Shown here piece by piece: positions 28,030-54,236 of a stretch of 64,000 nucleotides of DNA. The notes beneath the pieces were generated by a model. The model worked only from the letters and a program-made list of their open reading frames with translations, was not told where the DNA came from and did no database searches. Source of the stretch: the human T2T-CHM13v2.0 reference genome, Homo sapiens; NCBI RefSeq assembly GCF_009914755.1, contig NC_060938.1. One strand, 5' to 3'. The stretch's first letter is position 1, and each line of letters begins with the position of its first letter. The position numbers were made by a program, and so were the translations under genes.

Positions 28030-29170
28030 ACGCGCGCCTCTCATTCGCGTTTGCTCCCTTCCCGGCGCTCATCCGCCCTGAACTCCAGCCTGGGGCGCCC
28101 GTGGCCGCGAGACCCAGGGGCTCTGAGCGCAGCAGGCGCCCAGTGACTGCGGGTGGAGGCCCCGCGTCGCGCAAGCTGCCTCCGCGCCAGGGAGCGCGTG
28201 CGCCTCGTAGCGCGTCCCGGGGCCGCCCCTGCGCCCTCGCGTCCCAGCATCCCAGAGCCCCGGCCCTGGCCCCGGGAGTGGCTCGCGAGGAACAGCTGGG
28301 ACGCGCTCCCTGGCGCTCGGACCCGTACTGGGGTCCTCGGAATCCTCAGGTCCCAGGGAGTTTCAGACCCGGCCAGGGTGGGGGACCCTCGGGGAGCCGG
28401 CCGGGGACCCCAGGGAGGGGAGCGGCAATGGCGGAACGCCCACTGGAATTTGGGCCAGAGCTGGAGCGGCCCGTCTGGGCTCGACCCCACGACGCGACTC
28501 CAGACGGGCCAACGGGGCGGTCCCCACCGGGGTGGGCCCCGCGCGGCGCTCACCCAGTATCTCCTTGCGCCGCTGCGTGTGCGGCTGGTCGGTGTAGACC
28601 CACTCGAAGTCGCTGCGGCTCGCGCTGTTGCCCATGGTGGGGCGGGAGGCGCCGTTCGGAGCGCGGCCGGCTCGGCTCTGCTGCACCTGTCGCGGCGGCC
28701 GCGGCGCGGAACCAGCTCTGATTAGGGCGGGGGCGGGGTCCCGGCGGGGCGGGGCCAGGTGCGCCAGGCTTGGGGCGGGGCACCTCTGGCTGGGCGGGGC
28801 GGCCGGGCCCCGGCGCTCTCCAGACCCCGGCGGGTAGCTGGCGCTTTGGGAACCTCAGTTGCCTCGGTTGGAAATGGGGCTCCCCGGCAGGACCGAGGTG
28901 GCCGCGTGCCATCTGCGCGAGTCCCTGGGTCCCTCGATGCGCGGGGGCGACTGCTGCCACCGCGGCCTCCCACCGGCTCTGCGCGCCCCGCCCACCCGCG
29001 GGCAGCCGTCGGGTTTTTACCCCGGCCCGTTCTCTCCGCAGCCCCGACCCGCTCGCGGGCACGCCCCTGTGGCTCGCGCCGCCCCTGCCCCAAGGAGGAG
29101 CGGCTGGCAGGATAGGGGGACTGCGGAGGATCGGCGTGGAATGGATGCGACGGTGCCAGTAAACAGGCGC
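28030..29170 (-). promoter_or_regulatory. DEGS2: DEGS2 CpG-island promoter with clustered GC boxes
   Basis: Very high CpG density; several GGGCGG boxes at about 28725-28802 just upstream of exon 1; no TATA box seen. Confidence 0.9.
28554..28635 (-). CDS. DEGS2: DEGS2 exon 1 CDS ([27 protein letters not shown])
   Basis: Kozak cccaccATGG, GTGAG donor; 82 nt; 82+743+147 = 972 nt = 323 aa + stop. Confidence 0.97.
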
Positions 29171-30589
29171 CGAGGAAAGGTTGGTGCAGCAATCCTCCCT
29201 TCCTCCACCCGGCCCTTTCACCAATAATGCAAAGGGGAGATAATGCGTCTGCAGCAACCTCACAGGGATGAGTCAGACCCACTCCTGCCTTCAGGGAACT
29301 TGAGTTCTGGATGGGGACACAGGTACAGAAGTGGCTGTTATGATTCAGGGTGATACGTGCCATGACACAGGTAGGCCCTGAAGCAGCTAGGATCCAATAG
29401 AAGGAACTTTTGCATTGGGCCTTGAGGGGTGGGTAGGAGTTCAACAGCTAGAAAAGGGAAAGGCATTGGTGCTAGGGGGAACAGCAGATGCAAACGCTTG
29501 GAAACAAGGCAGAACCTGAATGTTCTCAAATGGAAAGTCTAGTTTTGGGGAGGTAAGGGCACAGGGCCCCTCATCTTCACCCTCTCAGTGATGCCTCTGT
29601 TCCTTCTCCCACTCCCTTGGAGTTTTGGAGGGTGGACCTGCTGTGCCTGTGGGCCAGAGCCTGGCCTCGGCTGGCAGTTGCCTGGGAGCTGACTGACACA
29701 TCAGCCAGCGCTGCCACAGGCTCGCACATAGTGAGGGCGTGCTTCTGTGCGTCCCATGGAAGTCCATGGCCCGGGGTTTGGTACACTTGGCAGGCCTTCC
29801 TTAGCTCAGGGCCAAAGGCAGTCCTGAGTGAGCCAGGAAGGAAGGCATGGGTGTCCTGCAGCCGCCAGCCACCATCCCCTGAATTAGCCATGGGAAAGGT
29901 GGACACAGAGGCCAGATTTTCCATCAGCAGGGGGACCCACATGCCACCATGGCCATCACCCCTTGCCACACCCAGGAGGCCTCCCGGCCCAGCTTGCACC
30001 CTTGGGAGAAGACTCATTGCTCCCAGGGCAGCCTGCTCTGTTCCCAGCCAGAAGGGTCCTCAGAAGTCATCCCACCAGCCATCACTTTACAGATCAGGAG
30101 ACTGAGGCCCAGAGATGAGGAGCGCCTTGCCTGAGGCACAGAGGAATTAACAGCAAGGCTGGGGCATGACTTTGGCCCCTGACCTTTGAATTAAAAAGCT
30201 TCCAAAATCAGAGCCTTCGCCCCTGTGTTGAACTCCGTGAGATCTGCCGCCCTGAGCCCCAGCTCCACCCTCAGGACAACACCAAGCCTGCCAGTTCCCT
30301 CTGCCCCAGGCCACCGCCTATCCAGAGGAAACTCACCAAGGCCCTCATTTTCCAGATGAGGAAACTGAGGCCAGAGAGGGGACAAGTCAGAGGACATGCT
30401 GAAGAAGACCTGGGAGTGGAACAGACACCCAGGATGCATGAAATCAAGTCTGATGCCCTTGCCAAGTGCTCCCCAAGTCCCTGGGGAGCCAGAAACCCAG
30501 CTTCACGGTGTTGACGAGCCAGGAGCACATACTGTTGCGTCCCCACCCTGTCCGTTGTCCCAGAAATGACAGAAAATACATTTTCGTTT

Positions 30590-33715
<3,126 letters not shown>

Positions 33716-34065
33716 AACAGTGATTTGCTGAATGAATGACAGAAGGAAGGCATGAGTCTTCAGACCGAAAGGCTTAAGGGTGCCAACAACATTAAAATTT
33801 GGCTTAATCACTTTGGAAAACTCTTCAGTAATATCTATGAAAGCTGCGCATGCCAGGGTCTATACCCAGGAGTAGTGAACATGTGTGGCCACCAAATACA
33901 TGTGCGAGAATAGTCCTGGCAGCTTTATTAGTAAAAGCCAAAGCTGGAGGTAACTCCAATGTCCAACAACAACAAAAAACGAAGAATGGATAAGCCGCTT
34001 ATGCTATCTCCTTACACTGCAATGGTGGGTGGTAATAAAAAATGAATTACTGCCACCCACAGAAC

Positions 34066-34561
34066 ATTTTTATTTTCTGTGTCTGATGCTTTTATTTTCT
34101 GTGTCCTGGGGCCTAGCTGACCCTAGAGAGGCTGCCCCTCCTAGGACTAGAGATTCCTTCTCAGATGCCAGTGACCACCTCACAGCCCACAGCCCACTAC
34201 CTCCTCTGTCTCTCACACTCAGGGCCAATATTCCCCTGCCCTGATCACACCAGGGCCAGGTATCAGACAACTCCGGACAGCCCCTCTGTCCCAGAGCCCT
34301 GAAATTACTCAAACCAGCCAGTCCAAAGCCTGCTCACCCTGCCTTGACTGTTTCTTCCCACAGAAACCCCAATAAAGGCTCTTGCTCACGTTTCCCTCTC
34401 CTCCCCCTGACTTCAGCAGACCCCAGCGTTCGCCCGTGTGTCCCCGACCCGCGCCGTGTGGCGCAGCCCCTGCTCTTGAGAACTGTGAGTGACAAACCAT
34501 CTTTTCAACGGCAACATCCCCTGATTTGTGGGCCTCACTACACCTGCCTGCATTTCAAGCA
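34066..34561 (+). mobile_element. 5' LTR (MER74-like)
   Basis: Shares blocks 'gctgaccct..gag...ctgcccctcctagg', 'gcctgctcaccctgcct' and 'ctcttg.gaactgt.agt.acaaa' with 42192-42735; AATAAA at 34371. Confidence 0.8.
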
Positions 34562-34563
34562 GT

Positions 34564-34581
34564 GGGCGCAGCTAGCAGGGT
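34564..34581 (+). other. Primer-binding site complementary to tRNA-Ser(UGA)
   Basis: GGGCGCAGCTAGCAGGGT vs expected TGGCGCAGCGAGCAGGGT (16/18, tRNA sequence from memory), 2 nt after the inferred LTR end. Confidence 0.75.
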
Positions 34582-34960
34582 GGAGTGAGGCGCCACTGCG
34601 CTGCTCTCGGTAACTGGTTCCACCGGGCGGCCGCGGACGGGCGGTGCCCCCGCCTGCGCCGCCTGGTGCTGCTGCTGTGGACGCCTCTCCGCTCCGAACT
34701 CAGGACCTGGGTCCTCTGAGCTCTGATCTGAGCTGTGCCTGCCTCCTTCCGGGCTGGCTGGCCAGGTTCCCCAAGGCTCCTCCAAAGGGAGCCACGGGAG
34801 GGACTTCCTCCTAGTGTTTGGGGGTGCCCCGCAGGCGGCCCTGCTAAGTGGGGGCAAACAGAGCTGCTGTTTGGGGGGCTTTTCAGGCTGCCTGGGGGAA
34901 TTGGGGGAGACTGCATCAAAGAGTAGGGGGAGGCTGCGGGGCGAAGGAGGCCCCCTGAAG

Positions 34961-35435
34961 TGGGGTGGGGGGAGCCTGCCCGGAGAGTCAGGGGAGCCTG
35001 CCTGGGAGAGTGGGGGGAGCCTGTCTGGGGGAGTAGGGGGAGCCTGCCCGGGAGAGTGGGGGGAGCCTGTCTGGGGGAGTGGGGGGAGCCTGCCCGGGAG
35101 AGTGGGGGGAGCCTGTCTGGGGGAGTTGGGGGAGCCTGCCCGGGAGAGTGGGGGTAGCCTGCCCGGGAGGGTCGGGGGAGCCTGTCTCGGGGAGTGGGGG
35201 GAGCCTGTCTGGGGGAGTGGGGGGAGCCTGTCTGGGGCAGTCGGGGTAACCTCTCTGGGGGAGTGGGGGAAGCCCATCCAGGAGAGTGGGGGGAGCCTGT
35301 CCGGGGGAGTGGGGGGAGCCTGCCCGGGGAAGTGGGAGGAGCCTGTCTGGGGGAGTCGGGGGAGCCTGCCCGGGGCTGTGGGGGAGCCTGCCCGGGGCTG
35401 TGGGGGAGGCTGCCCGGGGCTGTGGGGGAGGCTGC
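34961..35435 (+). repeat. G-rich minisatellite, 23-bp unit GAGCCTG(CCC/TCT)GGG(A/G)GAGTGGGGG, about 20 copies
   Basis: GAGCCTG recurs at 34994, 35017, 35040 and onward; 21-bp variants at the 3' end. Confidence 0.95.
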
Positions 35436-35890
35436 TCTTCACTCTCAGGAGCTCAGTGTGAGGACCCCCACCCCCACAGGGACCTAGTGGGCAGGAGGCG
35501 CCCTACCCTCAGGACCAGGGGCACAATGTTTCATAGAAGAACAGAGCACTCTATCCCTGCCCTTCCTGAGACCCCGGAGGAGGTCGCCAGTGGATTCGGG
35601 AGCATGAAATGCTCCGGTGATGCCGCGTGGGTCTCCCTGAGCACGAGCTTACCAGGGGGCCGCGCTCAAAGCAGCCTCAAAAATACCGACAGGGTCATTC
35701 TCCCGCAGCGGCTGCAGAGCCCTCGGAGGTCGGGTAAGACGCCACCTAAAGACAGGGCCATGAGGGGTCAGCAGGACTTTATCTGATAAACACCGGAAAG
35801 ACAGAATGGGGAACAGAAATCAAAAGGAAAAATGTTACCCACCTCGAGATCCAAGCCATTCTAACAGGCTTTGCTTAAAAAAGAAGGAAG

Positions 35891-36200
35891 TCCGGGCGCC
35901 GTGGCTCACGCCTGTAATCCCAGCACTTTGAGATGCCGAGGCGGGAGGGCGGATCACGAGGTCAGGAGATCAAGACCATCCTGGCTAACACGGTGAAAAC
36001 CCCGTCTCTACTAAAAATACAAAAAATTAGCTGGGCGTGGTGGCGGGCGCCTGTGGTCCCAGCTACTGAGTTAGGAGAATGGCGTGAACCCGGGAGGCAG
36101 AGGTTGCAGTGAGCCGAGATCGCGCCACTGCGCTCCAGCCTGGGTGACAGAGCGAGACTCCGTCTCAAAAAAACAAAAAAAAAGAACAAAAAGAAAAAGG
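35891..36200 (+). mobile_element. AluY-like element
   Basis: Diagnostic 'gatcacgaggtcaggagatc..accatcctggctaacacgg' and 'aatggcgtgaacccggg'. Confidence 0.85.
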
Positions 36201-36239
36201 AAAGGGGGAGGCAAACACTGGCTGCAGACAGGGCAGTCT

Positions 36240-37745
36240 CCCCCACACACACACCCGCTCCCACACACCCACCCGCTCCAACACACACACCCGCCCCAAC
36301 ACACACACACCCCCAACACATACACACACCCCCAACACACACCCCACCCCCTACAGGCCCCCAACACACACACACACACACACCCCAACACACACACACC
36401 CCCAACACACACACATCCCCAACACACACCCCGCCCCCCCACAGGCCCCCAACACACACACACACGCCCCCACACACACACACCCGCCCCAACACACACC
36501 TGCCCAACACACACACCCCCACCCAAACACACCCCCACCCCAACACACACACACATGCCCCCAACACACACACCCCCGCCCCAACACACACATGCCCCAA
36601 CACACACACACCCAACACACAACACCCCCACCCCCACACACACACACACACATGCCCCAACCCACACACACATGCCCCAACACACACACCCACCCCAACA
36701 CACACACCTGCCCCAACACACACACACCCATCCCAACACACACACAACCGTCCCAACACACACACACCCGCCCCAACACACACCCCAACACACACCCGCC
36801 CCAACACACACACACATGCCCCAACACACACACACACCCCACCCCAACCACAGACACACATGCCCCAACACACACACACACCAACACACACACACCCCAA
36901 CACACACACACCTGCCCCAACACATACACCCCCAACACACACACACACTCACCCCAACACACACACACCTGCCCCAACACACACACACCCGCCCCAACAT
37001 ACACACCCACCCCAACACTCACACACACCCGCCCCAACACACACACCCCCACCCCAACACAGACAACCCTGCCCCCAACACACACACGCTCAACACACAC
37101 ACCCCCCAACACACACACTCCCTCGCCCCTAACACACACCCCCGCCCCCAACACACACGCACCCCCAACACACACATACCCCCACCCCCAACACACACAC
37201 CGCTCCCCCAACACACACACCCCCACCCCAACACACCCACACACCCCTGCCCCCAACACACACACATCCCAATACACACACATCCCAACACACACAACCC
37301 CAACACACACAGCCCCGCCCCAACACACACACCCCAACACACACATCCCAACACACACAACCCCAACACACACAGCCCCGCCCCAACACACACACCCCAA
37401 CACATACCACTGCCCCCAACACACGCACCCCAACACACACACCCCCCAACCCTCAACACACACACCCAACACACACCCACACCCACCCCAACACACATGC
37501 ACCCCTGCCCCCAACACACACACCCCAACACACGCACACCCCCAACCCTCAACACACACACCCAACACATGCCCACACCCACACACCCCTGCACTAACAC
37601 ACACACCCCTGCCCTCAACACACACACACCCTTGCCCCCAACACACACACACCCCTGCCCCCAACACACACACACCCCTGCCCTCAACACACACACACCC
37701 CTGCCCCCAACACACACCCACACCCACCCCCAACACATACCCCTG
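36240..37745 (+). repeat. About 1.5-kb complex C/A-rich minisatellite (CCCAACACACACAC variants)
   Basis: Almost only C and A on +; recurrent CCCAACACA core with variable (CA)n and C-runs. Confidence 0.97.
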
Positions 37746-38164
37746 CCGCCACCACTTCCTCTTATCAGCCTGAGACAAAACCCAAAAACTTGAGGTGGCC
37801 AAAAGCCTAAAAGGGAACAAAAGGGGGTGGAGAAGAAGGACAAAAACACCCTAGATATAGGAGAGGGAGAAAAGAGGAGCCAATAAATTATATATATAAA
37901 TATACTTATAAAATATACAATAAATAGATTATGTATTATATAAATTAAAACAAGTGTCCATAATTCAACCCAATTAGAAATCCAAAATGTGTATGTAAAA
38001 ATGTATATGACAAATGATATATATAACAAATATATGACAAAATGCATATACCAAAAGGATTCACATAAAAGGATTAAAAGGGCACTGACTGGCTTTTGTG
38101 CCTCTAAACAAAATAGGCTGTAAGTTAACTTTAGCATTTGCTAAAATGCACCGATTAACAAATC

Positions 38165-40040
<1,876 letters not shown>

Positions 40041-41220
40041 TGGCAAAAGATGTTGGCATGATATTGATGGGAAGATGTTGGCATGACATTGATGGGAAGA
40101 TGTTGGCATGACATTGATGGGAAGAGATGTTGACATGACATTGATGGGAAGAGATGTTGGCATGACATTGATTGGAAGAGATGTTGGCATGACACTGATG
40201 GGAAGAAGATGTTGGCATGGCATTGATGAGAAGAGATGTTGGCATGACACTGATGGCAAAACATGTTGGACATCCAAGTCCAACATCTTTTAGTTCTCTT
40301 TGGGTTCTGATGGCAATACATTCATCATTTACAAATTTTTACTTATGCTACTGATGCTGCTACTTATACGGTGGCCCACGTGAAGCAGGACTCCCTCACA
40401 CAAAAGGCTCTAAATCCGTTCAAGTAAAAATCAGCAGGCACTCCTGTTAGAGCCCTCGGAGACTCCTGCACTGTGGATGGGCTTTGGCAACCCCTCGCAG
40501 GCCCCCTGCAGTCTCTGGACCACCTAGCATGGCCATTAGTTGCTCAAGGTTTGATAATGCAAGACACCGCTTCTCTTAACAAAATTGCTGGGCTGAGCGC
40601 GATGGCACATGCCTGCAGTCCCAGCTACTGGGGAAGCTGAGGTGGGAGGATCGCTTGTGCCTGAGAGGTCGAGACTGCGGTGAGCCGTGGTCGCACCACT
40701 GCGCTATACCCAGCTGCCCATTTTGCTTTGGGTCATGGCAGCAGCACCCCCACAAACTTGGTGTGGCTACCAAGGCCTTTATAAGACGCAAAGGAACCAA
40801 ACCTGAGCCCTCTGGCGTATTCCTCCTGCAGGAGGAAATCCTCCCAACTCCCTTGTAGGTGCTGAAGGAACTCACCTTCTCTCAGACCTCGTGGCTACCT
40901 GGAGAGCCCCTGGGATTAGCTGAGTGAACACAGATGGTAGGAACCACACTGCCAACCATTGTAAGAATGAGGAAGCTCAGTGGATGATGGCTGCTTTCCA
41001 TCTCTCAGTCAGAATGTCCCCAGTGAAGGACAGGACTCAAGGGTCAACACAATTGGCCAAACTCCAGGCAGTCACCTTAGTACTGGCTGCCTGACTGACA
41101 CAGGGCCGCATCTTCATATTTGTTACAAACTATGGTGCCACTGGCTGAGTTGTCCCTTTGAGGGTCAAGGACTCTGGGACTCTTGCCTCACAGAGACCCA
41201 AACTTAAATCAAAACCAGAG

Positions 41221-46841
<5,621 letters not shown>

Positions 46842-46869
46842 TGAATTAGTGGACTCCTCCCAGGCTCGT

Positions 46870-47400
46870 CCTCCTTCGCCACCCATTCCCAGCGCATTGC
46901 CCCCCGCCAGCCAGGTCCCCAGGCCTCCCAATCCTGCACTGTCCGCGGCGGCGGGGGTGGGGAGAGGAGGGTGCTTTGCACTCGCGGTTCCCCCCCCGGG
47001 AGCATTGATACCCCCGCCCCTGGGAGCATTGATCCTCCTGCCCCCGCAGCCCGGAGCCCGGAGCAGCCCACGTTGCTCCCGCTGCGGCCCAGCCCAGCCC
47101 AGCCCAGCCCAGCCCAGCCCAGTGCCGCGCCTGTCCTCGAACCTGGCCCAACGCTCGCCGGGAGCAGGGACCTGCGTGCAGCTATGGAACCGAGGCGCGG
47201 GCTGCGGGATCCCGCCCTACCTCCCATAAACCAGGGCCCGAGATAAGGGAGTCCCAGAGGGCCAGGGGAGTCGCGGGCCCAGCGTCTCAGTGGGCACGAA
47301 TTTCTTACTTTAACCTCTTTTCTGTCGACCCCATCTGTCCCCACCTGGGAGGAGGGGGAGCAACAGGCCCCTTCCCGGTCGAGTTCAGGGCTCGGTACAA
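46870..47400. promoter_or_regulatory. Small orphan CpG-rich island with (GCCCA)7
   Basis: Local CpG enrichment; pentamer run at 47087-47121; no coding exon seen. Confidence 0.6.
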
Positions 47401-48979
47401 AGGCTGCATGATGCCACAGAGGGTGAATGGCCTGGTGCCAAGGCTGGGAGTGCCCAGACAGAAGGGCCACAGGGCATCCAAGAAGTGTGAGTTCAGGCCT
47501 TGAGGGCCTTGAAGGACGGAGAGAGTTCCTGACCAGGGAGAGGAGAGATTCTCAGCTGCAGGCACGGCTGGGACACAGGCCTGGTGGTGGGAAGGAGCAA
47601 GGGCCACTGTGGCTGGGGAAGGGGAGTGGAGCAGGGCTCAGAGGCTTAGTGCCCTGGGGAGCCTGGGAGTGTTGAGGTCTGGGAGGGCCTCAGGGAGTTG
47701 GGACGTGGGGTGGGGAGGATGTGGATGAGGTGTCCGCACAAGGGAGAGCCTTTTAAGCGGAATCCTCCTTGGGTCACTGGCCTGGTCCCAGCTCTGAAGA
47801 GGCTGGGGCAGGACAAAGAGCAAGGGTGTGTGGGGGTGAGGCCTTGAAAGAGACAAGTGAACAAATCCATCACTGGCTGAGCCAAGCCTCTCGAAGGTCC
47901 CACCAGGGAAACTGAGGTTGGGCCCCTGGAGAGTGGGGTGCAGGAATGGTCTGCTCCAGGAGGTGAGAACAGAGCGCATGACTAATGCCACCAGGACTAC
48001 TCACGGCACTGACTTCATCGCCCAGCTTGCGGACATAGGGGCCTGGCTCAATTCGCCCAACCTGCCTTTCTGGCCCTGACCCATAGCCTTCAAACCCCAC
48101 TCCTGACTCACTGTACCCCACCTCCCTCCCACAGGGAAAAACATACTGAGTGCCTAGGCCCGGCGCTGCTGTGGGGAGACCAGTGTGGAGTCACACAGGG
48201 TGGAGGGGAGGACCTAGAGCTGGGGTCCTGCTCCTGCCTGGCGCTGGGACCCAGCTTAGACGTGGCCTCTCCTAAATCCCCTCTTCAGCTCAGGCAGCCT
48301 GGTCCCTGGTCCTTGACCACATTCACGCTGCAGGATTTCATTTATATAAAGTACAAAACAAAGGTAAAATTAATCTATGGTGGTAAAAGTCTAAATAGTA
48401 GTTGCCTTTGGAGGCTTCTGGGAGCTGGAAATTTGCTGTAATGCAATCTGGATGGAGCCGTAGGTGGACATAGAGAAAAATCATCTGGTTGCTCACTTAA
48501 GGTTTTGCACGTTACTATAAATACACAAATAAATGAATATAATAACACCACACTGTTACTAATCATAGTTCCCCCATGTTCAAGCCCCTTCGTGAAGGTA
48601 GGCCAGACATTTCTGATGCTGTGTCCCCAGCGCACAGCCCAGGGCAGCCGTCTATCCTCACAGTGGTGAACAACTATCAATATCCCCATTTTATGACGAC
48701 GGAAATTGCAGTTCAGGGGAACCAAGGAACCAACGTCTTGTCTGACTCCAAAACTCTTCCCAGAAAGCTCTGTGGCTGTTCTAGCTCTGTCCAGGGACGT
48801 TCATGTCTTGGAGAGGAAGCAAAGACAAGAGTCAGAGGATGCAGGGAAGCCAGGGTTTCTAGGAGTGGCACCATGGCTAGTTACCATCGTCAGGCTGTGA
48901 TAGGGCCTTGGGAGGAGGGACGGGTGCTCTCCAGAAGGAAGTGATGTCAGTCTGAGTCTTAGAGAATGGATGAGGTCTA

Positions 48980-50988
<2,009 letters not shown>

Positions 50989-51595
50989 GAAAACAAAAAA
51001 CAAAACAAACAAACAAAAACTGGACAGTGGATGGTATCCCAGGTTGAAGAAACAGCAGAAACAAAGACTGGGAGGGAGTACTGTACAAGTTGTGGTCTGG
51101 ATAGTTGGGCTGGAGCAGAGGATGCTGGAGGAGGCTCAGCAGGGCAGGTATGACCGTCACAGCCACTGGCTGGCACTAGCCAATGCAGGGTTCTTCTGGG
51201 AACTCTGGGGTCCTGAAACTAAGGCAGCTGAGGAACTTCCAGAATGCTTTAATAAATTAATATCAAACATGATTTGCTTTTGAGCTAACGTCAGCCGTGC
51301 CAAGATTCACAAAAGAGGCTGGAGAAAGGAGATTCTGGCAGGGCAGATCTGATGTCATCCACTAAGCATGGAGCCTTGTGCTATCTGGAATCTGGGATGA
51401 CACAGCCTGAGCCTCCCCACCCAGGTGGCTCCCACTGAGATACCCACACTGTGATCATTGCCAAGGACACCAGACACTTCAAGCAACCCAAGGGAAGGAG
51501 GGCAGAACTCTGCTGGGTGGCCAGGGCAGTCCAGGCAGGCACATAGGGTCCAGAGGGAAGAAAATCAAGATGTCCTCCAATTCCATCCTAGATAT

Positions 51596-53009
<1,414 letters not shown>

Positions 53010-53084
53010 GTATGACCACTGGTGAACCTCTGCAGAGATTGTTTGAGGGACAGAGTTTCATTTTCATTGAAAAAGTTGTTCAGG

Positions 53085-54209
<1,125 letters not shown>

Positions 54210-54236
54210 TAAAATCAATGACATTTTACACACAAG

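Noticed and set aside
34555-35461. 295-aa proline-rich and 215-aa glycine-rich ORFs
   Set aside because: They arise from the 23-bp VNTR, start at non-ATG codons and show no domain.
35962-38137. Long ORFs of 315-569 aa rich in H/T/P or C/V/G
   Set aside because: They are translations of the C/A minisatellite, which lacks stop codons by composition.
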